64,000 bases of DNA. Origin: Dimorphilus gyrociliatus (Eukaryota; Animalia; Annelida). Location of the stretch: assembly GCA_904063045.1 (NCBI GenBank), contig CAJFCJ010000002.1, positions 2,224,161-2,288,160 on the forward strand, written 5' to 3'. A program made the position numbers and the translations under genes. Shown piece by piece: positions 13,361 through 26,238 of the stretch. The notes under the pieces are model-generated. The model was not told where the DNA came from. It did no database searches and worked only from the letters and a program-made list of their open reading frames with translations. The first letter of the stretch is position 1; each line of letters opens with the position of its first letter.

Positions 13361-16300
13361 ATGGCCGATGAGAATGACATCATTGGCAGTGCGTCCGAAT
13401 TTATAACAGGTTTGTTTTTGTTTTTATTACAGCCAAGAATTGTCACCATAGCAACTACGACGCTGTTTTAAGTGAATTAATCGTTGTAGATCGACTTTAT
13501 TTTGCTACCTTACGAACACGGCCCAGGTCAACGGCTCATACACATTATTTCAGCGTGGATGATGAACTCCTCTATGAAAAGTACGCCTTATAAAATATTT
13601 AGAAGCCTGTAAAGTAATTAAAACAATAATATTACAGTTTTTACGCTGACTTTGGTCCGCTCAACCTTGCTATGCTCTATCGATATTGCTGTAAATTGAA
13701 TAAGAAATTAAAGGTAACTGTATCATGCATGTTTTCGTGTATATGGTTAGGCCTCCATTTTTGGCATTATTCCAAAAAAGGGAGATACCGGGTCAATGAT
13801 TCATATTTTTATACTAAATTTATATTCTAAACGCAGTCATTCTCATTGGCTAAAAAGAAAATTGTTCACTACACGAGTTTCGACGCAAGGAAAAGAGCTA
13901 ATGCAGCCTTTTTAATCGGATCCTACGCAGTAAGTTTCACAATAAAGAAACTATAATAGATTTTAAAACGAGGTCATCCCCAAAGATTATCTTCTTAAAA
14001 AAGACACCAGAAGAAGCATATAGGCCATTAGTTTCTGGTTCGAATCCTCCATTTCTACCATTCAGGTAAGCACCTGCGAATCATCGGTATTTTTCAACTG
14101 ACGGATGAAAAGCATTGATTTACAGTATAAACAAGGCCTGCGTATGCGTTCCTCTAGTTTATATGTTTTATCTGATAAACCTCTCTAGTCGATTGTTTAA
14201 CGCGCTACGACTTGCCTCCGACGTTTACTTAGAGAATTGATTTTTAGGCGGCGAATCAACCATGTAGTAAAAGACAGTTATTGCTAGGGGGTGGAGTCGA
14301 GGAAAGGGAAACCGTTTCCCACGCATTCTGCTCAGTGAAATGTACACACGATGGAGAACATTGTTAAATAATTCTCTTATTATTACTATTGATCCGAGTG
14401 TGCCAATGACGCAGATGTTATAAATGAGTTTGCAATCCTAGTTCCCGGGTGAACTAAATATGGTGTTATAGATCACTTAATAGCAAAATAAAACGAGATA
14501 AAGTTCATTGACAGTGTCTAAGCGTGCTTGCCATATTTAATACAAGAGGCCCTGATTGGCTAATTGAATCAATTCAAATCGTTTTACTTCAATCTTATTC
14601 TATGGTAGTAAATATAAGACAAGGATTTTTATCTAATAATAGGGACGCTTCATTCGGAGCTTCTACCTATAATCTGACTCTACTAGATACACTACAAGGC
14701 GTTAGTAAAGTGAGTGCAAGCAAACAACCAGATTAGTGCATGAATTTACCGATTCATTTGTTATTTCAGGCTTTGCAAAATGGTTTCTTTAATTTTGAAA
14801 CATTCGACGTAGAAGAATACGAACACTACGAGGTACGTTTAATTACTTTTTATACCTAGAATTTTCTTATTCGTTGTTCTTGGCTGCTGCTATATAGCAA
14901 CTAAATTAAAGTTGACAGATCGCTTTGCGGCTAGACCTATATTTTAGTAATAGAGTTCATACGTTCCCTTACTCTTATTTTATCTTCTTTTATTCTTTTT
15001 ACATCCCTTAAATATACATACATATATATATCAGTATATATATATGCATGTATACAATATATTTGTAAACTAAATAAAAAGAAGATCTTTTGAAGGTTTA
15101 GCAAAAGAGATTAGCATGATATTTTCTTTTTATTTTCTCTGCATGAAAATATTGTTTATGTTGCTTAAAACAGAAAGTAGAGAATGGCGATTTCAACTGG
15201 ATACTACCGAATAAATTCCTTGCATTTTGCGGTCCTCATCCGAAGAGTAAAGTTGAAAACGGTAAACCTCTTTTCACAAACATATCCTTTATTTAGCTTT
15301 ATTGACCTTGTTTAAAATGATAAACGAATCCCGTCTTCCATTCTTTTTTTAAACGTACTTGATTAAGCTTAATTCTTTATTTCAACTTTATATTCATGTT
15401 TTTGTTTTTGAATGAATCGTTGTATGCTTTATTCGATCGCTTTAAATTTTTGGCTACAATGACGTTGTAATATACTTGAAAACTTAGACAAAAGATAAAT
15501 AAACTAGAAAAGAAAGAAGAAAGAAAAATAGATCCCCTTTTGCAAAACAAAATCAAAAAGAAATAAATAAACAAATATAGGGACAGTTTTCTTCTCTTTT
15601 CTAGTCAGACTCGTCCAGTGTAAATTAAATAAGTAGCGTTACAGTGTGTAGAAAACGGAGATCTAAATTGGCTTCTACCGGGAAAATTTCTTGCATTCTG
15701 CAGTCCTCATTCGAAATCACGAAATGATCACGGTAATAATCGGAAATATTTCGTATTAAATTTTCATTTTTCCATGTACGAGTGAGTGAGAATATGAGAT
15801 CGTGCAAGTAACTATCAAATTCAAGGTATTTAATGATTCTCACTGTTGCCAGGTTACCCGTTACACGCTCCTGAGGCGTATTTTCCATACTTTAGAAAAC
15901 ATAAAGTTACTACTATCATACGTCTAAACAAGAAAATATACGACGCTAGGCAATTCAAAGATGCTGGATTCGACCATCATGACCTATTTTTTGTCGATGG
16001 TTCGACTCCATCTGATGAAATTCTGCAGAAATTTCTGGATATTGTCGAGTCAATACCAGACTCTATTGCGGTACACTGCAAAGCTGGACTTGGTCGGACA
16101 GGGTCATTGATAGGCGCTTATATAATGAAACACTATAAACTGACCGCAGCAGAAACGATTGCATGGATCCGAGTATGCCGACCGGGAAGTATAATAGGAC
16201 CTCAACAACACTGGCTTGAAGAGAAACAAGCTTGGTTGTGGATGCAAGGAGATATCTTAAGGGCTAGAAATCAAAAATCCTTACAACCAGGGGTCTATAA

Positions 16301-16772
16301 AATCGCAAAAGAGGTGGATGATATGCATTTGTACGAAACAGTTAGCGATTTAGGATCTATGGACGACTATACTGGAAAGACTAGTTTAACGCAAGGAGAT
16401 CGATTAAACGCCGTTAAGGCTCAACGCTTGAAACAAAATCGAAAAACTCAAAGGTGAGCCGAATTATATTTTAATTGACTTATAAATACTTGAAATTAAA
16501 AAAGATTTAAAAAAAAAACAACAACATCAAAGAAGGTGGCGTCGAGATGTTAATAAAAAAAAAATAACAAACAAAACAAACGTTTTGAAATATGGTTTTC
16601 TTACTTAAAAAAAAAGAGAAAAAAACGAAACCGGTAGAGTAAATATAATGAACAAAAGAAGCACTTTTTCTGTAAAACGGGAAAACATTTGCTTATTTGC
16701 AATAATTTATTTCAAAGAGCTCTCTTTTCTATTCCCTTTTTATCTTGGAACAATGAAAGATTCCTGTCTCTT

Positions 16773-16804
<32 letters not shown>

Positions 16805-17879
16805 CATTTATATACACTATATTGTGTATATAAATTATATTATTAAAGATCCTAAGTTTTTTCAATATTATGAAACTAGGGATAAGAAAGAAAGAAAACG
16901 ATATTTCAAGATTGAAGCAATCCGGCAAGTGCATCTATATATGCATGTTACGGTGCATATATAAATGAACTTGCGTTGCTTAGTTTCTTTTGTAATAACT
17001 AAAGATCCTGACAAAGCCTCTGAATGCTTCGCATCAGACTCAACACATGCCGCTTAGTGCCTTTTAATAGTTATTAGAATGATGGAAAAATTATTTTTTA
17101 TGCTTATTTGATAACATAGGCTAAATCTAGAACAACTACGAAAGCTTTATGTTATGTTGATTAAGTGAATTGTATCTTTTGTGTAATATTCTAATATCTA
17201 TGGGTTTGTCAGAGAATTATTGCTATGAAAAATGCCTGAAAAAAACTAGCGTATAAAAAAAAACAACCAAGAGGAAATAGTCATTTGAGATAATTTAGTC
17301 ATATATTGCTTGACATGCGCAAATAGACGTCATTCTTTCAATCAATTAATTATAAATATTGTCTATACGTATGTATGTATGTATGTATAAAATTTATATG
17401 TATATATGCGTGTGTACATATAAATATAAATCGAGAAAAAAACTTGCAGTGGAGCTTCAGAGACTTTCGGTAGGAGGGTATCGAAGGACAACAAATCTGG
17501 CTATGCAACGACGCAAACTAATACTGGTCCAGTAACACGGTCAAGAGCCGTGAAACAATTACAACACCATCAAATTGGTACGAAGTCGGGGAATGGACAA
17601 ACTGCTTCCGGATCAACTTATCAAAGTCAAACTTCTAGACGAAGTCAAACAAGACATTCTTTGTCATCATCACCTGGTACATCAACTCTGCAAAGTCAAA
17701 GTTCCCTTAAAAGGTGCTTATTTTACTTATCCATCGCTTATTCGGGGCTTTATGGTTGCGCAATCCGAGTCCTACATTGCTTTTTCCTCAAATTTAATTT
17801 CTATTTTTAAAGTAACAATGTAATAAAGAGCCCCTACCTACCCTTTTTTGCTGTTTAAAGAGAATATATATATGTATAA

Positions 17880-17919
<40 letters not shown>

Positions 17920-17960
17920 ACATGAAAAATATATCTAATATATACACAGTATTTATACTT

Positions 17961-18000
<40 letters not shown>

Positions 18001-20091
18001 AAATGTACGTACCATTTGATTTTCTGAAAAAACCAGTGTTTGATGCTTGGCTCGATAAAAGATAAAATAGAACTAAATACTTTTATCCAAATAGCTAAGT
18101 TCGCAATAACGAGATGAACAACAAACAATTCCGTTAAGCTATTTTATAATTGAGGAAATCATTTAAATGTTGTAAATCTCTTGTTGATAGATTTCGATTT
18201 ACATTTTCATTCTATTCTTTTCAGATAGAGTCTACATTTTATCATTGATAATTATGTATTCAAGTCAAATATTGCAGTTCATTACATTACTCCATAGTAA
18301 TAGTAATCTTGCAACTTAACAATGTTATTTAAAAAATATCCATTTATGCGGACGCCATTACCTTACCCCTATCTATTCCCACTCAATTCTTTCATTTTCT
18401 TATCTCTTTCAAAAAATTTTGTAACCCATTATTTCACTTTTCTGCCTACTTTTCCTTTCTCCTCCCCCTTCCCGTCTACTTATCTCCTCTATCCCCTATT
18501 TACCGGCATGATGGTCGAACAAAAGCCATTTGAATTTCTATCATAGTTAAACACATATTTTTAAATATTAGTTCTTTTTTATTTACAAATCGAGCCAATT
18601 GTTTTTTCATAAACAAAATTTTGCTCTTGAATTCTTTTCTTACTTTATATTCTTTATAAAATCTATATCTTTCCTTTACATTTACAGTAAATGTATATAT
18701 ATTTATGTATATATTCAATTTACGTCATTTCAATGTAAAACGAAACAACTTTTACCTAATCCCATTCATCCATTATATATCCTTCCTTATAAATCATAAA
18801 CTCGGATCATCTTTTATCGTTAATGAAGATACCAAGTTGTGGTGTCTTTCATTAAAAATTGGAAGACTATTTTTTATTACTGTATAAAACAAATCTGTCT
18901 TTAAGATACAAACTATGGCTTTTTTCTCTATTTTTTTCATGTCATTACACAGCTCTATGCAACCTCGCCGATTGCGAGAAGTTTGGTCATCCGAAATTCA
19001 AAATCCCTACGCTCCGGCCCCTCCGCCTGCCAAGTATTATCATACTCGTTCCCATACGCATAGGCCTGTAAGTTGTCGCATGTGACGCCTTTTGTTTTCG
19101 TATCGAAAAAAAAGAGAGAAAGAACTTCATCGTCACGCATGCGTCGTAGTTTTTCTCAAATTCTTTAGTTATTATTTTATTTCTGATAATTTATTTTTTG
19201 TCTTTTATTTTCTTCGCAATTTTAATTCGCTAATCGGTTAGAGAGAAAGAATTATTACTTAATGTATCAGTTTGTCTCAAAAGAAATCTGTTCCTTTAGT
19301 TTTCAATATTTTTGCACGCTTTGGTTTTTTTTTTTTATGTGCACAGTCCCAATTCACACTAGTCTTATGTAGTTTAGTTTATATCTTTCTTTGTTTTTTT
19401 TGGGTATTTAGTACGCTTTTTTAAGTGGTAAAAAAAAATTGATTTTGTACGAAAGAAATTAAAGAAGAAAAAAAAAATCGTACAAAAAAAAAAAAACAAG
19501 AATCTTTATCAATGATAATTTTTTATTTCCATTTCTACCTTTTTTTCCCCGCTACATAGGAATGGTTATGGGATTTAAAACGATGAAATGTTGCTTGAAT
19601 ATCACACAACATCGGTATAAATCTATTTTAACTATATTTTTATATTTCTTCGGATAGTATTGTTATTTGAATATTTAAATTATATAAAAACTAAATTAAA
19701 AAAAAGAAAGAGAGAGAGAGGAAGAGAAAATAGAAAGAAAGAAAGAGAGAAAGCTTTTAAGGATAAAAAAAAAGTTAAAATAAATATTCTCACTTATAAA
19801 AAAAAGTCTATCACACCGTTTTTATCATGTGTGTGTGTGTGTGTGTGTAATTTTTTTTTTTTTAAAAAAAAAAGCAATATAGCAAAATCATCTTTGTTTA
19901 CAAATACACCAAACTCTCACAGAGACACACAAACTATAAAATAAAAAAAATACTCTATTCCTAACAGTGTATTTTCAATTTTTTTTTTGAGTGCTGCATG
20001 CTGCTATTTTAGTTTTAATGCTTTATTTAATAACTTGAATATAATAGTATAGTAGCTTGATATATATATATATATATAAATATATATACAG

Positions 20092-20123
<32 letters not shown>

Positions 20124-20693
20124 TGAAATCACTTTATATAATTTATAATGTTATAATTTATTTATTTATAGAAATTTATGATTGAATGTGTTTTATTTCT
20201 TATTTAATCTACTTTTTTTATTAAAAAAACAAAGGAAAAAAAATTAAAAGAAGAGAGAATTCTATTAACAATTCCATTCTATTTTTAAAAGAGTTACTAT
20301 TCAAAGTATTAAATGTGTAAAATGATCTTTGTCTTGTTTATAGATAAAGACACTAGACCAATGAAAGCAATGTGTGCAATAACACAGTAGAAAAGCACCT
20401 AAAATGTAGGTCATATCAACTAAATAAAACACAAAGTAGTCAGCTTTTTATGTATATATAGATATATAACATTTTTTTTCTTGTAGTTGAAATAATCCAT
20501 TATTTATTTTATCTTTGGAAGAAATTTCTCTTTTTTTTTTCTTTTTTTTTATAAAAAAAAAAGTTTATTAAATTAAAAAAGAAAAAGAAATATATAATTA
20601 TTGATGATAAATTATAGTCTAACTATTTTTTTTATTATTTCCAGTCGGTTGAACCCATCGCGTGCGACTAGACCCGGACATTCTCCACCTTGA
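13361..20693 (+). CDS. CDC14: Dual-specificity phosphatase Cdc14 (multi-exon; 3' terminal exon uncertain, 19085-20693)
   Basis: [75 protein letters not shown], catalytic [20 protein letters not shown] Ser/Thr-rich exon lies at 17450-17713. Confidence 0.95.
13442..13455. promoter_or_regulatory. RFX X-box GTCACCATAGCAAC in Cdc14 intron 1
   Basis: Fits the canonical X-box consensus RTHNYY-WT-RRNRAC; 80 bp after the ATG. Confidence 0.55.
15174..15261 (+). other. CDC14: Cdc14 alternative exon A (88 nt): [30 protein letters not shown]
   Basis: Flanked by cag| and |gtaaac; phase 0 to phase 1. Confidence 0.9.
15645..15732 (+). other. CDC14: Cdc14 alternative exon B (88 nt): [30 protein letters not shown]
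   Basis: Flanked by cag| and |gtaata; same length and phases as exon A; homologous sequence. Confidence 0.85.
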
Positions 20694-21328
20694 TAGATAG
20701 TTGTATTTTGTACCAAATCTTGTGCTTGGTTGAGAATTTATAATCTAGTAATAACCTTTCTTCTTTTCTCATATTTCAAAAATTTATTCGTACATCGATT
20801 GTTTTATTGATTATTGATATTTTAGTAACATCTTGTATATTCGCTTATATATCAATATATAAGTAATATACATGTATAATTGTGTAAAAACAAAAAAAAA
20901 AGGAAAAACAATTTATTTGTTGAGAATGATTTCTTTTCCGTCGTGTCCAAAAAAGAAAAACAAGAAAAAAAAAAAGAAATTTAAAATTTTAGGATTGCAA
21001 ATTTGTTGAGAAACTGTGATGATAAAAAAATTAAACGTGCAGGCGTGAACTATTGTAATATTTTATCGTTTAAAAAGGTAAAATTTTACTGCAATATTTT
21101 TGGTTAGTGTTTCTTTTTTTACGTCTTTCAAAATGTAAAAAAAAAAAGAAAGAAACAACAAAACAAAACAGAGAATTGAAAAGAATATAATTGTTTATTT
21201 CTGTACACGGAGTGCCATTTTTTTTTTCTTGTTTTCAATATTTTAATGTTTTTTCTATCTGTAAATGTTGATGAAGAAAAAAACAAAGAAGAGGGGAGTT
21301 TTCGAATGTTATTTGAGCCTGCAATATT

Positions 21329-21359
<31 letters not shown>

Positions 21360-22886
21360 CTATGTTTGTATGGACAAAACTTTGCACTTGTTGCTGTTTA
21401 AGAAACCGCTCAATTTGTACAGTTATACGTTCGATATGTGAAAAATTTGTTTTTTTTTTTCTCTCTTTCTCCTCCTCCTCCTATCTTTTCTTTCCCCACC
21501 CGTCTTCGCTTAATTATTAATCTTCTTAGGCATAATGAAAAAGTAATGAAAAAGAGAACGTAACAAGAAGGAAAATTATTTCTATCTCGCCTGTCCCATC
21601 CTTTTTATTATTCTTTGTTTTTTATTTTAAATTCATAATTTTATTTTATGTAAAACATATTTTTCTTTTTTTGTTTTGAAATTTTTATTATCCGAATTAT
21701 TAATAAAAATATGAATTAAAAATTTGGAAATATTTAACAATTTTAGGTTTTTATTCTTAGATTTAAAAAAAAAATATCAAAACAAAACAAAAAAAAAACT
21801 AAGAGGAAAGAGAGTTTTTAGTTTGTAGATTTCTTTATATTTTCAATTTTTTGTTTGTATTTGGAATAATAAAATTGTCAAGTTAAATATAAAAATCTTG
21901 AACAACAAGTTGAATGAAATGTTTTTATCGTTTTAACTTATTAAAAATTGAAGTATATTTTTTTTTAATTAATTTCTTTTCACCATTAATTCTACATTAT
22001 TTATTTAGAAAAAAATTCCAAGCATAACATACAAATTGACAAACATTGAATTTTTATGATGTTTACTATTCACACACACTTCGTATCATAATAACGATAA
22101 GTATGATATAATGAAGATAATTCTGATCCACACTTCCCGTCCCTCCCTTCCCTATTTGTCTTTGACCTCTGAACCCTGAATATTTTTTTCTCTCACTCTT
22201 ATATATATAAATTTTATATATATATATATCGATTGTAAGAATGCCTGAGAACTTAACTTATGTTTGCTGCTAATTTGAAATATCTACCGAAAGTTCTTAG
22301 ATTTGATCCTATTATGTTAAATTTTGGCTTTCGATGGAACAAGAATCGCCTTTTACAGTAAGATCATAAAGATAAATAGATATCTTTGTAAAAAAAAATT
22401 AGTTAAAAGTAATTATAAATTATAAATGAAGCGTTGTTTTCTTCATTTATACAAAAAGTGTAATAATTATCTTAAGAAATATAATGAAAAAAAATAAACA
22501 AATAATCTTCAACTACAAAGTCAAACACTGCTTCAAACAATTGACCTACTGCTGCATACAATAGACCTTGCTAATATTATTACACTTCCTATGGTTATCA
22601 TAAACTCAAATGAGGGAAAACCGCATGATCAAAGCCTCTTAGCAAATCGTATTATAAGAAGGTGAAATTACTATTAACAGGAGTAAATTTTATAAAAATT
22701 ACCATCGAAAACCAAAACAAGAATAAGTATTATGTGAGTGACGAAACTTTTAAACGGCTAATGCATTATATAAAATTACAAACAATATCTTGACATAGAA
22801 TGAGGCTGACAAAGGATCAATCCATAAAAATCAGTTAGTCTTATAAATCAACTTTCCAAAAGGTGAAAGCAGGCCAAAAGGTTCTT

Positions 22887-24531
22887 TCAGCAAAACTGTA
22901 AAAAGAATTAATTGGGTATCAGTAATGGTAAAAAAAATATATTTTCCATTTAATACAAGTATGATATTTTCTATAATATAAAGTTATTTACCTTCCACCT
23001 ATGTCCACACTCTTGACAAAGACAAAATGTTGTCATAGGTTCATCAGCACTTCTAGTTTGGACTTGATTATACAATACACTCCTCTTGCCACACTTTCCA
23101 CATTTTATCAAACTAGTCGCTGTACCACCTCTAACAGCCATCTGGTGGTCATTAATAGCTTGTTTAGTAAATTTTTCCCTCAATTCTTTCATTTCGTCAG
23201 ACGCCATATCCTAAATAGAAATTGTCGATTAAATAAAAAATTAATCAAGTTAAGAGCATATTTGATATAATTAAAAAAAGCTATTATTCGTGCTATATTA
23301 AATATATAAAACATTCGCTAAGACTTGAAACTAGCCACTAGCATCTGGAACTCAATTATTTTTATGATTTTTAAAGTTTAAAGGTTCTTTCGTCTAGAAG
23401 ACAAAATTTGTTTAAAAGAAAATATGACTCTCCAAAACAGTTTAATCAAAATCGATCTAATTATAGTTTAAAATAATGCGCTAAATCGTAAAGTTAGCAC
23501 CTTGTCAACCAAATTTTTTTATTGGATTTGACACTTTCAAAACTAGTTTTTGTTAAAGAAATATATTTACCTCTGCTGTCATTATTGCGATTCTTTCAGC
23601 TGATATATATCCCATCAATACGTTTTCTCTGAGTTTAGGATTCTTGCTGTCTCTTAAGTTTAATACTCGACTTCTCACTCGGTTTTTATATTTATTGTCG
23701 GTATTACCGAATTCATTAAAAATGTGGTCTTCTATAGCAGCCGCCACGTCCACTGGATCATTAGATTCAGTTGGTAAATCTAAGTGAAGATATAAAGTAT
23801 TAATAAGAAATTATTCCTATAGAAATTTGGATAAATTTTTAAAAGATCTTACCACCAGACTTTAAAGCATTAACCAGCATCTCTCGACATTTCAATCTAA
23901 TTGGGTCGGATGTATGGGAAACCCTTTCAGGATAACTACGAATCATATGCATATTTGCTGGATTAGGGCTATCTTTTCTTTGAGAATCTGTAGGACTTTG
24001 AGAATAATCGTCCGACATTGTACTTAGAGTACTATCAGTTCTTGGAAATTCTTGACCACCTTCATGATGAACTGATTTTCCCTTTTCTTTTGTATCTTTT
24101 TTACCGGAATCACCTAATTAAATCATTGGTTCAAATTAGCTTGAAAAAAAATTTATAAGAATTTTATAATTTACCAATCAATTTTTTCCATGATTTAATT
24201 AGCGATCTTGCTAAAGAAATGACCTCATCATCCTTTGTCGATTTTCGAAAATTGTTAACGATCATTCCAATTTTAGTTTTTTGTAAAACTTCTAAATTCA
24301 TCTTTTGTTTCTTCAGCTGCATAAGAAGTTCCATAGCAGTCGCTTGATCCTGTGAAAAAAATAAACATGGAAAATACCTCTTAGGAAATCCCAAATGAAA
24401 ACGAGATTCCGCCATTTTGAAACAGGAGCGAAAGACACGATACAAACATATAAAATACTTACCACAGACTTACTCGAAACCATCTTTTCTAATTTTTTCC
24501 CGATCTTAAGAACATCCTCTTGTAGCGGCAT
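22887..24531 (-). CDS. TCEA1: Transcription elongation factor TFIIS
   Basis: N-terminal [33 protein letters not shown]; central [18 protein letters not shown]; Zn ribbon CGKCG...[25 protein letters not shown] plus a 9-nt final exon FC* (22887-22895). Paralog number not resolvable. Confidence 0.95.
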
Positions 24532-25692
24532 TATATAACGATAGAGAATTTAGTGTGTATGCGTTTTAAATTTTAATATTTGTTAGGGAATGCGTGTTCT
24601 AACGTTTCGTCTTCAAAACGAGGCGGAATAGCTGGTTCGTTGTCAAAAACGACTCTCGTTCTCGAATTTGCGAAGACTGGTACCAGATCACCATTTCCAT
24701 TTTGACCTGGCCCAATATAGGTTAAAGTTTATTTGAATTTCGAAGACAAATTCTTAAATATTGCATTTTGCTTAAAGAGGCGATTTCCCCTAGTAAAAGC
24801 TGTCTGTTAATTTAAAGTTGTTATTTTTCCATTCAAACACAAAAGTCACCTAAATGTCCTAGAGAAATAAAATTCTTATGCCACTTATCATTCGACTATA
24901 TATAGATTTTCCTACACATATCAACGTAATAACATAAATCTATAATCATAATTTGTATATCCATTAAAAAAAGTATAGCCATTTGAAACAACGGTAATTT
25001 CAATTTTTCAATTTCCTCTCTCAGCTGGTTTAAAATGAATTTTTATTAAAAAACATCATTAATAAAAATTGTATTACTTTGTATTAAACCGATAGATAGT
25101 TTCCCTATGCTCGAAAGATAGATAGTAGCTCAAAAAAAGATCACTTTGAATATTTTGCGAAATCTTTGGTAAGATATTTAAACTTTAAATTGAACATAAA
25201 CTACTTTTAAGACTTTATTGTAAATCTTATTAATTGTACTGGATAGTATTAAAAGTGAAATTTTTAGACTAGAACTATTGTAAAATTTCTGTAAAACTTT
25301 TTTATTATATAAATTTAGATCTCTCTCTCTTCCAATAGCAGTCTTAATAAATCTGAAAATTATAAATAGGTAAAGCCCGTCATGCCTTAGATAACTATTT
25401 ATACTATTATTATTCTATTGAATATTAAAAGTTTTTTGTATTTTAACATAATCAACTATGAGTAATCAACTATGAGTAATAGACAATAGTTAAAGATTTA
25501 AACAGTCAACAATAGGGCATAGTTAAATTTGGAGTCAGTTATATTATTGTTCAACTTTTTGCAATGTCTTTAATTTTAATAGTATTTCATTTAATGAATT
25601 ACAAATTGCTATCAATATGTTGCCTTACAAGATATAATACTTAATAAAACAATTATCTTTTGAAGTTTATTTATTTCCCGGAAAATCTAGTT

Positions 25693-25837
25693 TGACCTTG
25701 ACCTTTTATCATTATTTTCGAATTTTTACTGAAATATACTTATATCACAAGAATAATATTATTAAAATATTTAAAAAATAATGTAATTGTTTAGTAAATT
25801 ATATATATATATATATATATTCTATGGGACCAATCAG
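25693..25837 (+). promoter_or_regulatory. Nuclear-receptor direct repeat TGACCT-TGACCT (25693-25704) and CCAAT box (about 25828-25837) upstream of ABCA
   Basis: Exact motifs 400-550 bp upstream of the ABCA ATG. Confidence 0.35.
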
Positions 25838-26238
25838 AGATCAATATTCTGAGGGCACTTTTTAGAACGTTATAGTTTACATGAAAAAAGAACAATTAGG
25901 CAGAATACTGATTAACACCACTTCAACCAGTATGAGCGGAGAACTTTATTGAGTAACTAGTTGGATGCCGGAGTGTTGTCCTGAAATTACAGTATTTTAG
26001 ATTTTATCAACCATATTTTTTATTCCCTTCATTGAAAATAAAAGATAATCAGAAAGGTAAAAAATTTTTATATTTGCTATTGTTTAGTAAATATTAAAGA
26101 TATCAACTATTCTTGATAGTTTTGATTCATACGATTAAGTAGATATTCATGTCTTATCTTTTTGATACTGCGAATATTTATCCATTGAATTTTTATTTTT
26201 ACAGCTATAATACAGAATCTGCACTTAACCTGTCAAAA

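Noticed and set aside
14037-14047. tRNA T-arm-like GGTTCGAATCC
   Set aside because: It lies inside a Cdc14 coding exon (SGSNPP) and has no cloverleaf context.
16648-18128. ORFs rich in YIYI/IYIY (also 54283-54486) and SLSL/RERE ORFs at 53726-53914 and 59546-60089
   Set aside because: These are translations of (TA)n and (GA)n microsatellites.
25450-25480. 14-bp tandem duplication AATCAACTATGAGT x2
   Set aside because: Only two units with no flanking element hallmarks; likely replication slippage, not a CRISPR or transposon footprint.
26149-26238. 30-aa N-terminal extension of ABCA given by the ORF track
   Set aside because: It overlaps a polypyrimidine-AG acceptor at about 26203; the family-typical start is MAFFQQLRLLLWKN at 26239.
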